From the NCBI GenBank assembly GCA_038229115.1, contig JBBROQ010000001.1:1-60519 (forward strand): a DNA stretch of 60,519 bases, written 5' to 3'. The stretch's first letter is position 1. Each line of letters starts with the position of its first letter. This stretch comes from Planctomycetota bacterium. GTDB taxonomy: Bacteria; Planctomycetota; UBA11346. Below are positions 49,021 through 59,083 of the stretch, one piece after another. Under the pieces are notes generated by a model. It was not told the DNA's origin, did not search any database, and worked only from the letters and a program-made list of their open reading frames with translations. The translations under genes and the position numbers were made by a program.

Positions 49021-49680
49021 TTATTTTGGTGGTGGCGGGATGAACGTGCTCACCAGCCGATCGGATACATAGCGGCTGAACATCTGCGGACTTTGCAAAG
49101 TCTGTTTCCACCCCGCGATGCCGGCGGTGGTGGTGCCATTTAGTCGTTGATGCCACCATTTCACATCAGCCTGGATTTCCTTGCGCCCGCCATCGAACTG
49201 GCCGGTGGCGCTCCACGCGACTTCGCCATCCAAGCAACTGACCAAGTGCACGGCTAATCCTACCGAAATCGGATCGAAGCTGGTGAATTGCTCGATGCGG
49301 CCAATCACCACCGCGTCGACATGCAGGCGGTCGCGCAGGCGCAGCAAATCGGTCGAGGTGATGGCGGTCGCGCTCGGTTCGATATGCGGCAGCAGTTCGT
49401 CGCGCAGCGCTTTGGGCACCAGCTCCACTTCGTGTTTGCCCAGTTCGCGCAGCGCCTGCGCAAATTCCGGGGTGAACGCCTCGGCCGCGCGGCCCAAACC
49501 TTCGCCGGTATACAGCGGCAGCACCGCAACTCTTTGCACCGCCAACGCCGCCGGGGTGGTACGGAACGACACCTGCACCGGCAGCGGTCGCTCGCGCGGG
49601 GTGAAGGCGCAACCGGCGGCCAGCAGCAGCAACGCGAGCAGCCCAAATCCGGATGTGCGGACGGTGACGTCAGCGTGCAT
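49021..49680 (-). CDS. lipoprotein, DUF799/GNA1162-like (tentative)
   Basis: Lipobox LLLLAAGC. VAVLPLYTGEG...DAVVIGRIEQF...CLDGEVAW fits the pattern of LpoB/GNA1162-type lipoproteins. The start is at 49680 or 49698. Confidence 0.6.
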   Translation of the reverse strand: MHADVTVRTSGFGLLALLLLAAGCAFTPRERPLPVQVSFRTTPAALAVQRVAVLPLYTGEGLGRAAEAFTPEFAQALRELGKHEVELVPKALRDELLPHIEPSATAITSTDLLRLRDRLHVDAVVIGRIEQFTSFDPISVGLAVHLVSCLDGEVAWSATGQFDGGRKEIQADVKWWHQRLNGTTTAGIAGWKQTLQSPQMFSRYVSDRLVSTFIPPPPK

Positions 49681-50446
49681 GGATCGACTCTTTCGCATGG
49701 GTGGTGGTGTTAGCCGAGTCGGCCGCGCCGGTGGTGTCGTCGACCCCGTCCGGGCGCAGCGCGCGCGCTTGGTTGCGCACACGTTGCTGCAATTCGCCCA
49801 GCTCGGCGGCTTGACCGGGCGCGAGTTTCAGCAGGTCGCCGGCGAGTTGGTAAAACTCGCGTTCGGCGCGCAGGCGGGTGAGTTCGCTGGCGATTAACTG
49901 GCCCTGCGCTTGGTCCAAACGGCGGTTGCGATCAGCGAGTTCCTGCTGCGCGGTGACCAAATGGTCGCGCACGTGGCCGAGCGAATCGACCTGATCGGCG
50001 GTGCTGTTGACGTGCGCCTGCGCATCGGCCAATTGCGTGTCCAACGTGCCCAAACGCTGATCGCGAGCCGCCAATTCCGCGCGCGCCGCGGCCAGTTCTT
50101 GATCCAGCCGGCGCGCGCGTTCGAGCACCGATTCACGCCCGCCATCGACATGCAGCGATGAACCGTCGCGATACGCACCGCGCCCGTTGACGGCGCCGCC
50201 GCCAAGCTTGCCTTCCAAGGCCGCGATCTTCGCGTCGAGGTTGCGAACCTGCGCCGCCAACGCGGCCTGCTCACTATTTTCGGTGTGAGCGTCGCCGTGC
50301 GTGGCTGCGGCCGCACCCGCCGCCGGCGCGGGTGCGCGCGCATGCGCGCGCGGGGTCAGCGCACAGCCGCTCGACAAACCGGCGATGGTCAGACTGAGCG
50401 CGGCAAAGCGCGGTGAAAACCAGGAAAAATGGCGCGCGAAACTCAT
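49670..50446 (-). CDS. coiled-coil lipoprotein, paralogue of the upstream gene
   Basis: Lipobox IAGLSSGC and long heptad-like Ala/Gln/Leu/Arg stretches. The C-terminal motif RAEREFYQLAGDLLKL is shared with the next gene. Confidence 0.65.
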   Translation of the reverse strand: MSFARHFSWFSPRFAALSLTIAGLSSGCALTPRAHARAPAPAAGAAAATHGDAHTENSEQAALAAQVRNLDAKIAALEGKLGGGAVNGRGAYRDGSSLHVDGGRESVLERARRLDQELAAARAELAARDQRLGTLDTQLADAQAHVNSTADQVDSLGHVRDHLVTAQQELADRNRRLDQAQGQLIASELTRLRAEREFYQLAGDLLKLAPGQAAELGELQQRVRNQARALRPDGVDDTTGAADSANTTTHAKESIHAR

Positions 50447-51456
50447 GGCGTCGACTCCGCGTGGTGCAGCTCGAGAGGTGCTGATTCGCTGCTGATCGCG
50501 TCAAAACTGCGCCGAACCGAATCCTTCAGCGCGGTCCCTGCCGCAGCGCTGCCGTCCAAACGCAGCACCCGCGCCGCCAACGCATACCACTCGCGCTCGG
50601 CATCTAAACGCGCGCGTTCGATGCTGGCCACGCGCGTCTGGATTTGTGCCAACGCCTGCTTGGCCGCATCGCGCTCGGCCAGCGCGGTGTGCGCGGCTTC
50701 GACCTCAACCCGCAGCGCCTCCGTCTCAACCTGTAGCACTGCGAGGTCGCGGTCGCGTTCGGCCAGGGTTTTCGCGGCTTCGGCGGCCGCCACCTGTGCG
50801 GCATGCAGAGCTTCGACGTCGGCCGGTGCCGCGGGGGCCGGCCGCAGCGCCAGCTGCTCCTGAGCTGTCTGCAATTGTTCTTCGAGCGTGGTGCGCGCGA
50901 CGATTTCTTGCGCGAGTTGCTGTTCCTGCTTGGTCGCCGCCGCTTGTCGCTGCGCGGCGTCCGCTCGTAGACGTTCGACCTCGGCGTGGGCTTGAGCCAG
51001 GTCGGTGTTGGACGTGCTGTCGTTGGTCGGGTGGAAGACTTCCGCTGCCGGCGAGGCGAGGTCCAGCGCGCCCAGACGCACCGCATCGCCTACAACAATC
51101 GGCAGTGCGTGGTCGCTGAGACCCGCGAGGCGTGCGACCGCGCGTTCAGGCGTCGGCAGATCCGTAATCAGGGCGGTGCCCACCAAGCGCTCGCCGCGGC
51201 GCACCTGCACGATCGCGCCGGGTTCGGGCGCCTGACCCTGCCAGCTCAGATCCAAATAGGTCGCACCGTCGACCGAGGTGACGGCAGTGACTTGTCCGGT
51301 CCAGGCCGGCGTCGGTGCACTGGCGACAGCGGGCGCGACGGCGGCGCGCGGTGGGGGCAGCGCGCAACCGGCAGCGGTCACTCCGGCGAACAACGCGACA
51401 GCGAGCGCCGAGCGGCGTGCGAAAACGCGACAGAGAATGTGGTCCGAGCTGGCCAT
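50443..51456 (-). CDS. coiled-coil lipoprotein
   Basis: ATG at 51456 (MASSDHIL...) and lipobox VTAAGC. An N-terminal beta-rich domain precedes a long coiled coil ending DAEREWYALAARVLRL. The track ORF is over-extended to 51687. Confidence 0.65.
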   Translation of the reverse strand: MASSDHILCRVFARRSALAVALFAGVTAAGCALPPPRAAVAPAVASAPTPAWTGQVTAVTSVDGATYLDLSWQGQAPEPGAIVQVRRGERLVGTALITDLPTPERAVARLAGLSDHALPIVVGDAVRLGALDLASPAAEVFHPTNDSTSNTDLAQAHAEVERLRADAAQRQAAATKQEQQLAQEIVARTTLEEQLQTAQEQLALRPAPAAPADVEALHAAQVAAAEAAKTLAERDRDLAVLQVETEALRVEVEAAHTALAERDAAKQALAQIQTRVASIERARLDAEREWYALAARVLRLDGSAAAGTALKDSVRRSFDAISSESAPLELHHAESTP

Positions 51457-51755
51457 GCGCTTGGCTCCCAGGGGCTGCTGACGCAGGGAGCACCGCGCGT
51501 GCCGAGACCTCGACGAGCACCTCGAAAATGCCTTCACCGTACGATTGACCCGAATGCTCGCGCCGCTATGACACGCGACCCCTGCGAGCAGCCGGCATTC
51601 CGCCAGCGCCCGCACCGTCCTCCGCCCCACTGCCTTACGGCACGGGACGCGCCGGAACGACGGCCTTACCCAGCGCGTCTCGAACATGCCCAGTGCGCTT
51701 GCGGCTACCGCCGTGAAAAGCGTACGCGCTCAAAAGAGCAGGGCGCAAGGACACC

Positions 51756-52472
51756 ATGACCATCGTCAACGTTAAAGAACTCCTCGAAGCCGGCGTGCAT
51801 TTTGGCAGCGCCGCCAGCCTGTGGCATCCGCGCATGGCGCCGTATCTGTACGGCAAGCGCGGCAACATCCACGTGGTCGACATTAAGCAGACCGTCCGTG
51901 GCCTGATTCAGGCCTATTATTACGCCGCGAAATTGGCCAAGGCGAACAAGACCATCCTGTTCGTCGGCACCAAGCGCCAGGCGAAGGACGTGATCCGCGA
52001 AGCCGCGCGCGCCGTCGGCATGCCGTTCGTCGCCGAACGCTGGCTGGGCGGCACGCTCACCAACTTCGAAACTGTGCGGCAGTCGATCCGCCGCCTGGAC
52101 GGCATCGAAGATCAGATCGCGCGCCCCGACTACATCCGTGAATCGAAGAAGGTGCAGGCCCGCCATCAGCGCGAACGCCGCCGCATTCTGCGCAACCTCG
52201 AAGGCGTGCGCGCGATGAGCAAGATGCCCGACGCGGTGTTCATCGTCGATCCGAAGAAGGAAATGAGCGCGGTGCGCGAGGCGCAGCGCCTGAACATTCC
52301 GATCATCGCCCTGGTCGACAGCGACACCGATCCGGCCCTGGTCAACCTGCCGATTCCCGGCAACGACGACGGCATCCGCTCGATCCAGGCGGTGGTCAAA
52401 GTCATCCTCGACGGCATTGCCAAAGGCCGCAGCGAACAGAACCAGCCCGCGCCGGCCGCCGCCACCGCCTGA
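51756..52472 (+). CDS. rpsB: 30S ribosomal protein S2
   Basis: [13 protein letters not shown]....WHPRM..Y.YG.R..IH..D..QT and the rest match S2 throughout. Confidence 0.97.
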   Translation: MTIVNVKELLEAGVHFGSAASLWHPRMAPYLYGKRGNIHVVDIKQTVRGLIQAYYYAAKLAKANKTILFVGTKRQAKDVIREAARAVGMPFVAERWLGGTLTNFETVRQSIRRLDGIEDQIARPDYIRESKKVQARHQRERRRILRNLEGVRAMSKMPDAVFIVDPKKEMSAVREAQRLNIPIIALVDSDTDPALVNLPIPGNDDGIRSIQAVVKVILDGIAKGRSEQNQPAPAAATA

Positions 52473-52565
52473 TGGTGATGGCTAGCGCTCGCGCGGCCAA
52501 CCGCGCGAGCGCGCTGCATTCTCTTCCTCTTTTTTCAGCCCATTTTTTAGACGAGCGAGCCCGCC

Positions 52566-53420
52566 ATGTCCGACGCCAAGATCGAGATTTCCGCCAAGCT
52601 GGTGATGACGCTGCGCGATCGCACCAATCTGCCGATGATGAAGTGCAAACAGGCGCTCGAAGCCTCGAAGGGCGAGCACACCACCGAAGAATCGTGGCTG
52701 AGCGCGGCGATCGAAAACTTGCGCAAGCAGGGTCTGTCGGCGAAGGATAAGTTCGCCGGCCGCGAGACGCCCAATGGCTCGGTCGGCATGGCGCTGGGTT
52801 CCAGCAATGGACAGGGAGCGGGCGTATTAGTGTTGCTTGGCTGCCAAACCGACTTCGTGTCGGGGAACGATAATTTCAAGGCCTTCGCCGCAGAACTGGC
52901 ACAACTCGCCCTGACAACCGGCGCGACCAGCGTCGAGACGCTGAAAACGCACAAGTTGGGTGCGCTGACGGTCGATGAGGCGGTAACCGCGAAGATTCAG
53001 CTGATCGGTGAGAATATCGTCCTGGTGAAGGTCGAGCACCTGACCGGTGCGCAGGTCGTCGGCTACAACCACGGCGGCAAAATTGCGACGTTGGTCTCGG
53101 GCACCGGCAATGAAAAACTGCGCACCATCGCGCTGCATGTCGCCAGCGCCAATCCCGCGCCGGTGGCGTTGAACCGCGGTCAGGTTGATCCGGAGTTGGT
53201 GCAGAAGGAAAAGGACATCATCAGCGCAACGCCCGATGTGCAGGCGAAGCCTGAAGCGATGCGTCCGAAAATCGTCGAAGGCAAGCTTGGTCGTTTCTTT
53301 AAAGAAAACGTGCTGCTGGAACAGGAAATGCTGCTCGACGCTGACAAAGGTGAATCGGTCGAGAAATACGCGGCGCGTCATGGTTTGACCGTGACTGGCT
53401 TCGCCCGCCTCGCGGTCTGA
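52566..53420 (+). CDS. tsf: translation elongation factor Ts
   Basis: UBA-like N-terminus ISAKLVMTLRDRTNLPMMKCKQALE plus the dimerisation/core domains. It immediately follows rpsB. Confidence 0.95.
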   Translation: MSDAKIEISAKLVMTLRDRTNLPMMKCKQALEASKGEHTTEESWLSAAIENLRKQGLSAKDKFAGRETPNGSVGMALGSSNGQGAGVLVLLGCQTDFVSGNDNFKAFAAELAQLALTTGATSVETLKTHKLGALTVDEAVTAKIQLIGENIVLVKVEHLTGAQVVGYNHGGKIATLVSGTGNEKLRTIALHVASANPAPVALNRGQVDPELVQKEKDIISATPDVQAKPEAMRPKIVEGKLGRFFKENVLLEQEMLLDADKGESVEKYAARHGLTVTGFARLAV

Positions 53421-53459
53421 ACGCTTGGCGCGTACACGCGCCCAAGCCATGCTGCCATC

Positions 53460-55955
53460 ATGCCGCCGGTCGATCACGCTGCGCTGATTCAACATCAATC
53501 GGGTGCTGATCCGTTCGGTGATGCGCGGTTTTTCGACTGGTGTTCGGATCTGCTGTGCGTGATCGCGCCGGAAGGCCGATTTGTGCGCCTGAATCTGGCC
53601 TGGAGCGACGCGCTCGGTTTCACTCGCGCTGAATTGATGGCGGAAACGGTGTTCGCCTTCATCCACCCCGACGACCACGCCAGCACTACGGCCATGGCGC
53701 AGGCGGTGATGTCCGGGCAAGCGCTGCGCAATTACGAAAACCGCTACCGCTGCAAACACGGCGGCTGGAAGCATCTGTTGTGGACCGCGAACGTGCTCGC
53801 CGATGGCTTGGTCTATGGCGTTGCACGCGACATCACTGAACGCCGACGGATGGAAGACGCGCAGCGCGCAGCGGCGCAGAAATACCGCGATTTGTATCAA
53901 TCTTTAGGCGATGGCTTAGCGCGGCTGGATGGCGCCGGCCGATTCACCGATGCCAACGCTGCATGTGCGCAGATGCTCGGCCGGACGGCGGACGAACTGT
54001 GCGGTCTGCCGTTTGCGACCGTAGTCCACGAACGCTTCCGCGCCCACGATCGCGCGTTCGCCGCGGCCGCACGTCAGGGCGATGATGGTGAGCATGAGCT
54101 TGAGCTGCTGCGCGCCGACGGCTCGTCCTTTCCGGTTGCGGTGCGACGCTGGACCGCCGGTGACACCGCCGATCCCGAGGCGCTATGGACCATGTTGCGC
54201 GACCTGGGCGAACGCCGCCATGACCAGGCCGAATTGGCGCGCGCGCGCGCCGACGCTCTGGCTGCCGCGCGCATCAAGGACGAATTCCTCGCCGCCATCG
54301 GTCATGAATTACGCACGCCGTTAGGCGGCGTGGTCGGCCTGATTGAGCTGCTATCGCGCGAGACGCTGAACGATCTGGCGCGGGTACAGCTCGATAATCT
54401 GCGTCATGCCAGCGATCACCTGACCACCGTGGTCGACGAGTTGCTCGACCGCGCCCAGGCGCTGCCGGCGGTGCCAACAGCGGCCGACAACACTGTTGAA
54501 ATCCTACGGCCGAACCTCGCCGCATTCGCGCCGCGGCGACTGGCGCAGGAACTGATTGAACTGATCACGCCCGAGCTACGCGCCAGTCACTTGGCCCTGA
54601 TCCACGCCCAGAGCGACCATCTGCCGGCGTGTCTGATGAGCGACGTAAATCGTCTACGCCAGGCGCTCCTGACGCTGCTGGGTACGGCGATGCGCTTTGC
54701 CGGCGCGTCGGCCACCGACGGCATGGGGCGCCGTGGCCCTGATCGTGATCGCGCTGCACGGTACGACGACAGTGCGGGCACCGTGACCTTTGCGCTGGAA
54801 TGGCGGCCCGCAGCCGCCCGCGCAGCGCCGCCGCCGCCGCACGCGTCGGGAACCGTGCCAGCAGCGCAGCTGCGCATCACCATCGCCACCTGCGCCGCCG
54901 ACCCGTCCAAGGCCGGCCTGCCGCCAGAAGTACTGGCGGGCCTATTCGCGCCATCCCATGGCGCCGCACTGCGACCTGGGGCCGTAGCCCTGGACGTTAG
55001 CCGCCGTTGGATCGAGGCGCTGGGCGGCACCGTAACGGTCGACTCGGATCGCAGCGGCAGCCGCTTCACCGTGCTGCTGCCATGTGCGCTCGCGGCGGTC
55101 GCCGATCCGGTCAGTGGTTCAGGCGCTACCGCTCCGCCGCAGCTGCGTGGACGGGTGCTGTTGGTCGAAGACCACGCGGTAAACCGACGCATTGCTGAGC
55201 GCATGCTGTCGGCCATGGGGCTGGTGGTGGATCTGGCCGTGTGCGGCAATTCAGCGTTGACGGCCGAAGCTCAAGTGCGCTACGACGCGATTTTTCTCGA
55301 CTGCCAGTTGCCGGGTTGTGATGGCTACGCGGTTGCAGCGAGGATCCGTGCACGCGAACACGAACGCAGTGACGCGCGCGTCCCGATCATCGCCATCACT
55401 GCGCACACCATGCCAGGCGACCGTGCGCGCTGTCTGACCGCGGGCATGGACCAAGTGCTGACGAAACCGCTGCGCGCCGACGAACTGTACGCCAGCGCGC
55501 GCCGGTGGTTGCCGCCGGCGACCGCCGCCGCAGGTCAGCCTGACGCAGGGCTTGGTACCGAACGCTTAGCCGAGCTGCTGGCCGCGGTCGGACCAGAGGT
55601 AGTGGCGCAGGCGATGGCTGAATTCTTCTCGACCGTCGGCGCCGAGATTGAGGCACTGGCGACCACTCCCAGCGGCGGCGCGGCGGACAACAGCGGCGGC
55701 GCGGCAGAAACCTTCATCACCAGTCCATCGAGCAATCCACTCACGCTCTTAGCACGTCGCCTGCATCGCATCAAAGGCGCCTCGGCTAATCTCGGCTTCG
55801 CGCGTCTAGCGCAGATGACCGGCGATCTGGATCGGGCGGTTGCCGGGGGCGCGGACGTGACGGCGGTCGCCGAACGCATCGCCGCCTTGCGCCAGGAATT
55901 CGCGCGGCTGCCGGCGGCGGCGGCCGCGGCGCTTAGCCCGCTACGCGGTGGATGA
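53460..55955 (+). CDS. PAS-containing hybrid histidine kinase (HisKA-HATPase-REC-HPt)
   Basis: Two PAS segments, the H-box FLAAIGHELRTPLGGV, a degenerate ATPase domain with an Ala/Pro-rich insert, the receiver VLLVEDHAVNRR...DAIFLDCQLPGCDG...TKP, and a C-terminal HPt (LHRIKGASANLGF). Confidence 0.85.
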   Translation: MPPVDHAALIQHQSGADPFGDARFFDWCSDLLCVIAPEGRFVRLNLAWSDALGFTRAELMAETVFAFIHPDDHASTTAMAQAVMSGQALRNYENRYRCKHGGWKHLLWTANVLADGLVYGVARDITERRRMEDAQRAAAQKYRDLYQSLGDGLARLDGAGRFTDANAACAQMLGRTADELCGLPFATVVHERFRAHDRAFAAAARQGDDGEHELELLRADGSSFPVAVRRWTAGDTADPEALWTMLRDLGERRHDQAELARARADALAAARIKDEFLAAIGHELRTPLGGVVGLIELLSRETLNDLARVQLDNLRHASDHLTTVVDELLDRAQALPAVPTAADNTVEILRPNLAAFAPRRLAQELIELITPELRASHLALIHAQSDHLPACLMSDVNRLRQALLTLLGTAMRFAGASATDGMGRRGPDRDRAARYDDSAGTVTFALEWRPAAARAAPPPPHASGTVPAAQLRITIATCAADPSKAGLPPEVLAGLFAPSHGAALRPGAVALDVSRRWIEALGGTVTVDSDRSGSRFTVLLPCALAAVADPVSGSGATAPPQLRGRVLLVEDHAVNRRIAERMLSAMGLVVDLAVCGNSALTAEAQVRYDAIFLDCQLPGCDGYAVAARIRAREHERSDARVPIIAITAHTMPGDRARCLTAGMDQVLTKPLRADELYASARRWLPPATAAAGQPDAGLGTERLAELLAAVGPEVVAQAMAEFFSTVGAEIEALATTPSGGAADNSGGAAETFITSPSSNPLTLLARRLHRIKGASANLGFARLAQMTGDLDRAVAGGADVTAVAERIAALRQEFARLPAAAAAALSPLRGG

Positions 55956-56508
55956 CTTCGCTCAACGCACGGAAATTCACTGGTTTTATCAGGTGTTCTT
56001 CGAATCCCGCGGCGCGCGATAGTTCGATGTCGGCCTTGCTGCCGCGGACGCTGATAGCGATGCCCTTCAGACGATATTTAGCTTTCAGACTACGCATCAG
56101 GTCATGGCCGTTGCCGTCGATCAGTACGATGTCGCTGATGACCAGATCGATCGGGATTGAATCAGCGACCGACATCGCCCGGGTTGAACCCGAAGCGGCA
56201 TGGACCACATAGCCACGGCCCTGCAGGTAGTGCCGCATCACCATCAGGTTGGCCGGGTCGTCTTCGACCACCAAGACGTGCAGCCCGGTGCGGGTAGGTG
56301 CGGCAATGCGTTTTTCATGCGCAATTAACCGGCCTAGTTGCTGATACTGCAGCCAGCTCGACATCATAAACAGCATCCGCCAACGCGCTTCGTGTTCGGC
56401 GGCCGGCAGGTCGTCACCAAAGGCCGGCGACCAGGGCAAATCAGGACGGTAGGCGGGGTGCGAGGTGGGCGACATTGGACGCGATGAATCAGGATTCGTA
56501 TCTGGCAT
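55933..56508 (-). CDS. single-domain response regulator (receiver) with an N-terminal extension
   Basis: HVLVVEDDPANLMVM...DLVISDIVLIDGNG...IAISV...HLIKP. Its 3' end overlaps the kinase 3' end by 23 nt in convergent orientation. Confidence 0.8.
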   Translation of the reverse strand: MPDTNPDSSRPMSPTSHPAYRPDLPWSPAFGDDLPAAEHEARWRMLFMMSSWLQYQQLGRLIAHEKRIAAPTRTGLHVLVVEDDPANLMVMRHYLQGRGYVVHAASGSTRAMSVADSIPIDLVISDIVLIDGNGHDLMRSLKAKYRLKGIAISVRGSKADIELSRAAGFEEHLIKPVNFRALSEVIHRVAG

Positions 56509-56608
56509 GCGTCTCTCCGGCAGGACTCGCGCGACCGTAGGGCTGGTGCATGCAGATGCATGCGGAAATGCGATTGGCTACGTCCGGGCATGGTCGTAGC
56601 ACCTGCGC

Positions 56609-57811
56609 ATGATCACTGCCACGACCAGCGCCGCGATCGGCACTCCGCTCAGTCCATCTGCCGTGCGTGTGCTGCGGTTGGGTGCGGGCGAATTGGGCAA
56701 GGAAGTGGTGCTCGAATTCCAGCGTTTCGGCTGCGAAGTGATTGCTTGCGACCGCTATGACGACGCGCCAGCAATGCAGGTCGCACACCGTCGGCAGGTA
56801 TTTTCGATGCTTGATGGCGCGCGCCTGCGGCAGGTGGTGGAGCTAGAAAAGCCGCACTTCATCGTGCCCGAAATCGAAGCCATCGCGACCGACGTATTGG
56901 TTGAGCTTGAGCGCGAAGGTTGGCGCGTGGTGCCGTCGGCGCGCGCGGCGCAATTGACCATGAACCGCGAGGGCATCCGCCGGCTGGCCGCTGAAACCTT
57001 GGCGCTGCCAACCTCGCCGTACCGCTTCGTGTCGACCGCGGCCGAGTTCGCCGCGGCGGCGGAAACGCTCGGTTGGCCGTGCGTGATAAAGCCGGTGATG
57101 TCGTCATCTGGCAAAGGCCAAAGCGTGGTGAAATCCGCGGCCGACCTCGACCGCACGTGGGCCTACGCGCAGGCCGGCGGGCGCGCCGGCGCCGGACGCT
57201 GCATCGTCGAGGGCTTCATCCGCTTCGACTACGAGATCACTGTCCTGACCATCGCCGCGGTCGATGGCGTGCACTGCTGTCCGCCGATTGGACACCTCCA
57301 AATCGACGGGGATTACCGCGAATCGTGGCAGCCGATCGCGATGAGCGCGTCCGCTTGGGCGCGCGCGCAGACCATCGCCCGTGCGGTAGTGGCGGCGCTT
57401 GGCGGCCATGGGCTGTTCGGGGTCGAGTTGTTTGTCCGCGGTGAAGACGTGATCTTCAGCGAAGTCAGCCCGCGTCCGCACGACACCGGCCTAGTCACCA
57501 TCGGCAGTTTGCAGGCGAGCGAATTCGCCCTGCATGTGCGCGCGATCCTAGGTTTCCCAGTCGCGCCTGTGTTGCGCCAACTGCGCCCGGCGGCCAGCGT
57601 CGCGCTGTTGGGCAACGGCACCGGCGTACCGCGTTTTGATGGCTTGGCCGACGCGCTCGCGATTCCCGAAAGTCAGGTGCGGCTGTTCGGCAAACCGCGC
57701 TGCGACGGCCAGCGCCGCCTGGGCGTCGCGGTCGCCAGCGCCGACACGGTTGAAGAAGCCCGCGCGCGGGCGCAGCAGGTCGCCGCAGCGGTGCGCATCA
57801 CGTTCGATTAA
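56609..57811 (+). CDS. purT: formate-dependent phosphoribosylglycinamide formyltransferase
   Basis: [39 protein letters not shown] and an ATP-grasp core ([12 protein letters not shown]). The length of 400 aa fits PurT. Confidence 0.9.
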   Translation: MITATTSAAIGTPLSPSAVRVLRLGAGELGKEVVLEFQRFGCEVIACDRYDDAPAMQVAHRRQVFSMLDGARLRQVVELEKPHFIVPEIEAIATDVLVELEREGWRVVPSARAAQLTMNREGIRRLAAETLALPTSPYRFVSTAAEFAAAAETLGWPCVIKPVMSSSGKGQSVVKSAADLDRTWAYAQAGGRAGAGRCIVEGFIRFDYEITVLTIAAVDGVHCCPPIGHLQIDGDYRESWQPIAMSASAWARAQTIARAVVAALGGHGLFGVELFVRGEDVIFSEVSPRPHDTGLVTIGSLQASEFALHVRAILGFPVAPVLRQLRPAASVALLGNGTGVPRFDGLADALAIPESQVRLFGKPRCDGQRRLGVAVASADTVEEARARAQQVAAAVRITFD

Positions 57812-57870
57812 GCGCGGGCGCGCTGGCGACGGCGCGCGGAATCGCACCCGCGACCAAATCCATACGGCGC

Positions 57871-57887
57871 TTGGTCAGGCTGACCAA
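57871..57887. promoter_or_regulatory. perfect palindrome TTGGTCAG-G-CTGACCAA upstream of the hsp20 pair (possible operator)
   Basis: 8-bp arms with a 1-nt centre, about 140 nt upstream of the first hsp20 start and about 60 nt downstream of purT. No T-run follows, so it is not an obvious terminator. Confidence 0.3.
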
Positions 57888-58027
57888 AACCCGCGACTAA
57901 TCTCTCGGCGCTGCGCCAATCCACCAGATTTTACCGTGGTTTAGGCGCGTCATGGTTTTGGCACGCGCGCTGCATATGGGCCCGTGGCATCAACCACTAA
58001 CCCGCCCTTTTCAGAAAGGAGCCTCCC

Positions 58028-58528
58028 ATGTTTGCCGATCATCTGTCCAACCAGTACTGGGCCCCCACTGCGTTCCGCGATCTGGAACGGATGGTGGATG
58101 AACTTCAGCGCGCCTTCACCCACGGCCTCGGCCGCGCCAGTTGGCGCGATGGCAGCCACGCCCCCGTGAACGTGTGGGCCAACGACGACGCCATCGCCGT
58201 CACCGCTGAATTGCCCGGCGTCGATCCTGCGTCGGTGAGCGTCGGCCTCGCCGGCGACACCCTGACTATTCAGGCTAAGCGCGCGGCTTCGACCACCTCC
58301 CCGCTCGACAGCACGTCGACAGAAAAAACCGCTGCCGGAGCCAAGGCGGAAGCGGTGACGTGGCATCGCCGCGAACGCGAAGCGTATGACCTTAGCCGCA
58401 CCATCGGGCTGCCGTATCACGTTGATCCCGCCAGCGTCGAGGCACGTCTGAAAAACGGCATTTTGACCGTCGCGCTGCGCCGCGCCGAAGCCGATAAGCC
58501 ACGTCGTATCACCGTTCAGGCCGCCTGA
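58028..58528 (+). CDS. Hsp20/alpha-crystallin family small heat-shock protein
   Basis: PVNVWANDDAIAVTAELPGVDP..V.V......LTI...R and a C-terminal ...GILTVAL.R...... tail. Confidence 0.9.
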   Translation: MFADHLSNQYWAPTAFRDLERMVDELQRAFTHGLGRASWRDGSHAPVNVWANDDAIAVTAELPGVDPASVSVGLAGDTLTIQAKRAASTTSPLDSTSTEKTAAGAKAEAVTWHRREREAYDLSRTIGLPYHVDPASVEARLKNGILTVALRRAEADKPRRITVQAA

Positions 58529-58573
58529 ACGGTGCTCAACCACCACCAGCATCGTCCACGAAAGGAACCAGCC

Positions 58574-58987
58574 ATGTTTGGAAGCCTGATGAAAAAAGAG
58601 CTGCCGGTCACGGCGGCTGCCGCCTCGTCCACGACCACTCCCGCCGCCACCACGCGCCCGGTTGCTGTACCGGCGGTCGACATCATCGAACGCGACACGC
58701 TGCTCGAACTCCATGCCGACCTGCCGGGCGTCGACCAGACCGGGGTCGAAGTAACGCTCGATCACGGCGTACTGACCATCCCCGGGCGTACCCAACAGAC
58801 CACGCCCACCGGCTTCGAGGCTGTACATCGTGAATATCAGCCGGTTGATTTTGAGCGCCGTTTCAGCGTTGGTGAAGCCATCGATGGCGCGCGCATCAGC
58901 GCCAGCATCAGCAATGGCGTGCTGACGTTGCGACTGCCAAAGGCCAGCGCGGCGCAGCCCAAACGCATCACCGTCACGGCTGTCTGA
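58574..58987 (+). CDS. Hsp20/alpha-crystallin family small heat-shock protein (second copy)
   Basis: PAVDIIERDTLLELHADLPGVDQTGVEVTLDHGVLTI...F.RRF......D...I.A...NGVLTLRLPK. I prefer the ATG at 58574 over the track start at 58532. Confidence 0.9.
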   Translation: MFGSLMKKELPVTAAAASSTTTPAATTRPVAVPAVDIIERDTLLELHADLPGVDQTGVEVTLDHGVLTIPGRTQQTTPTGFEAVHREYQPVDFERRFSVGEAIDGARISASISNGVLTLRLPKASAAQPKRITVTAV

Positions 58988-59009
58988 GCGCTAGACGCTA
59001 CCAACGCAT

Positions 59010-59048
59010 GCGGGCGAGCGGCAGTTGCCGCTCGCCCGCATTTTTTTT
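59010..59048 (+). terminator. rho-independent terminator between convergent genes
   Basis: gcgggcgagcggca-gt-tgccgctcgcccgc (14-bp stem) followed by attttttttc. Confidence 0.85.
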
Positions 59049-59083
59049 CACCACAGCGTCGGTTTTTACCGCGCTTTATACGT

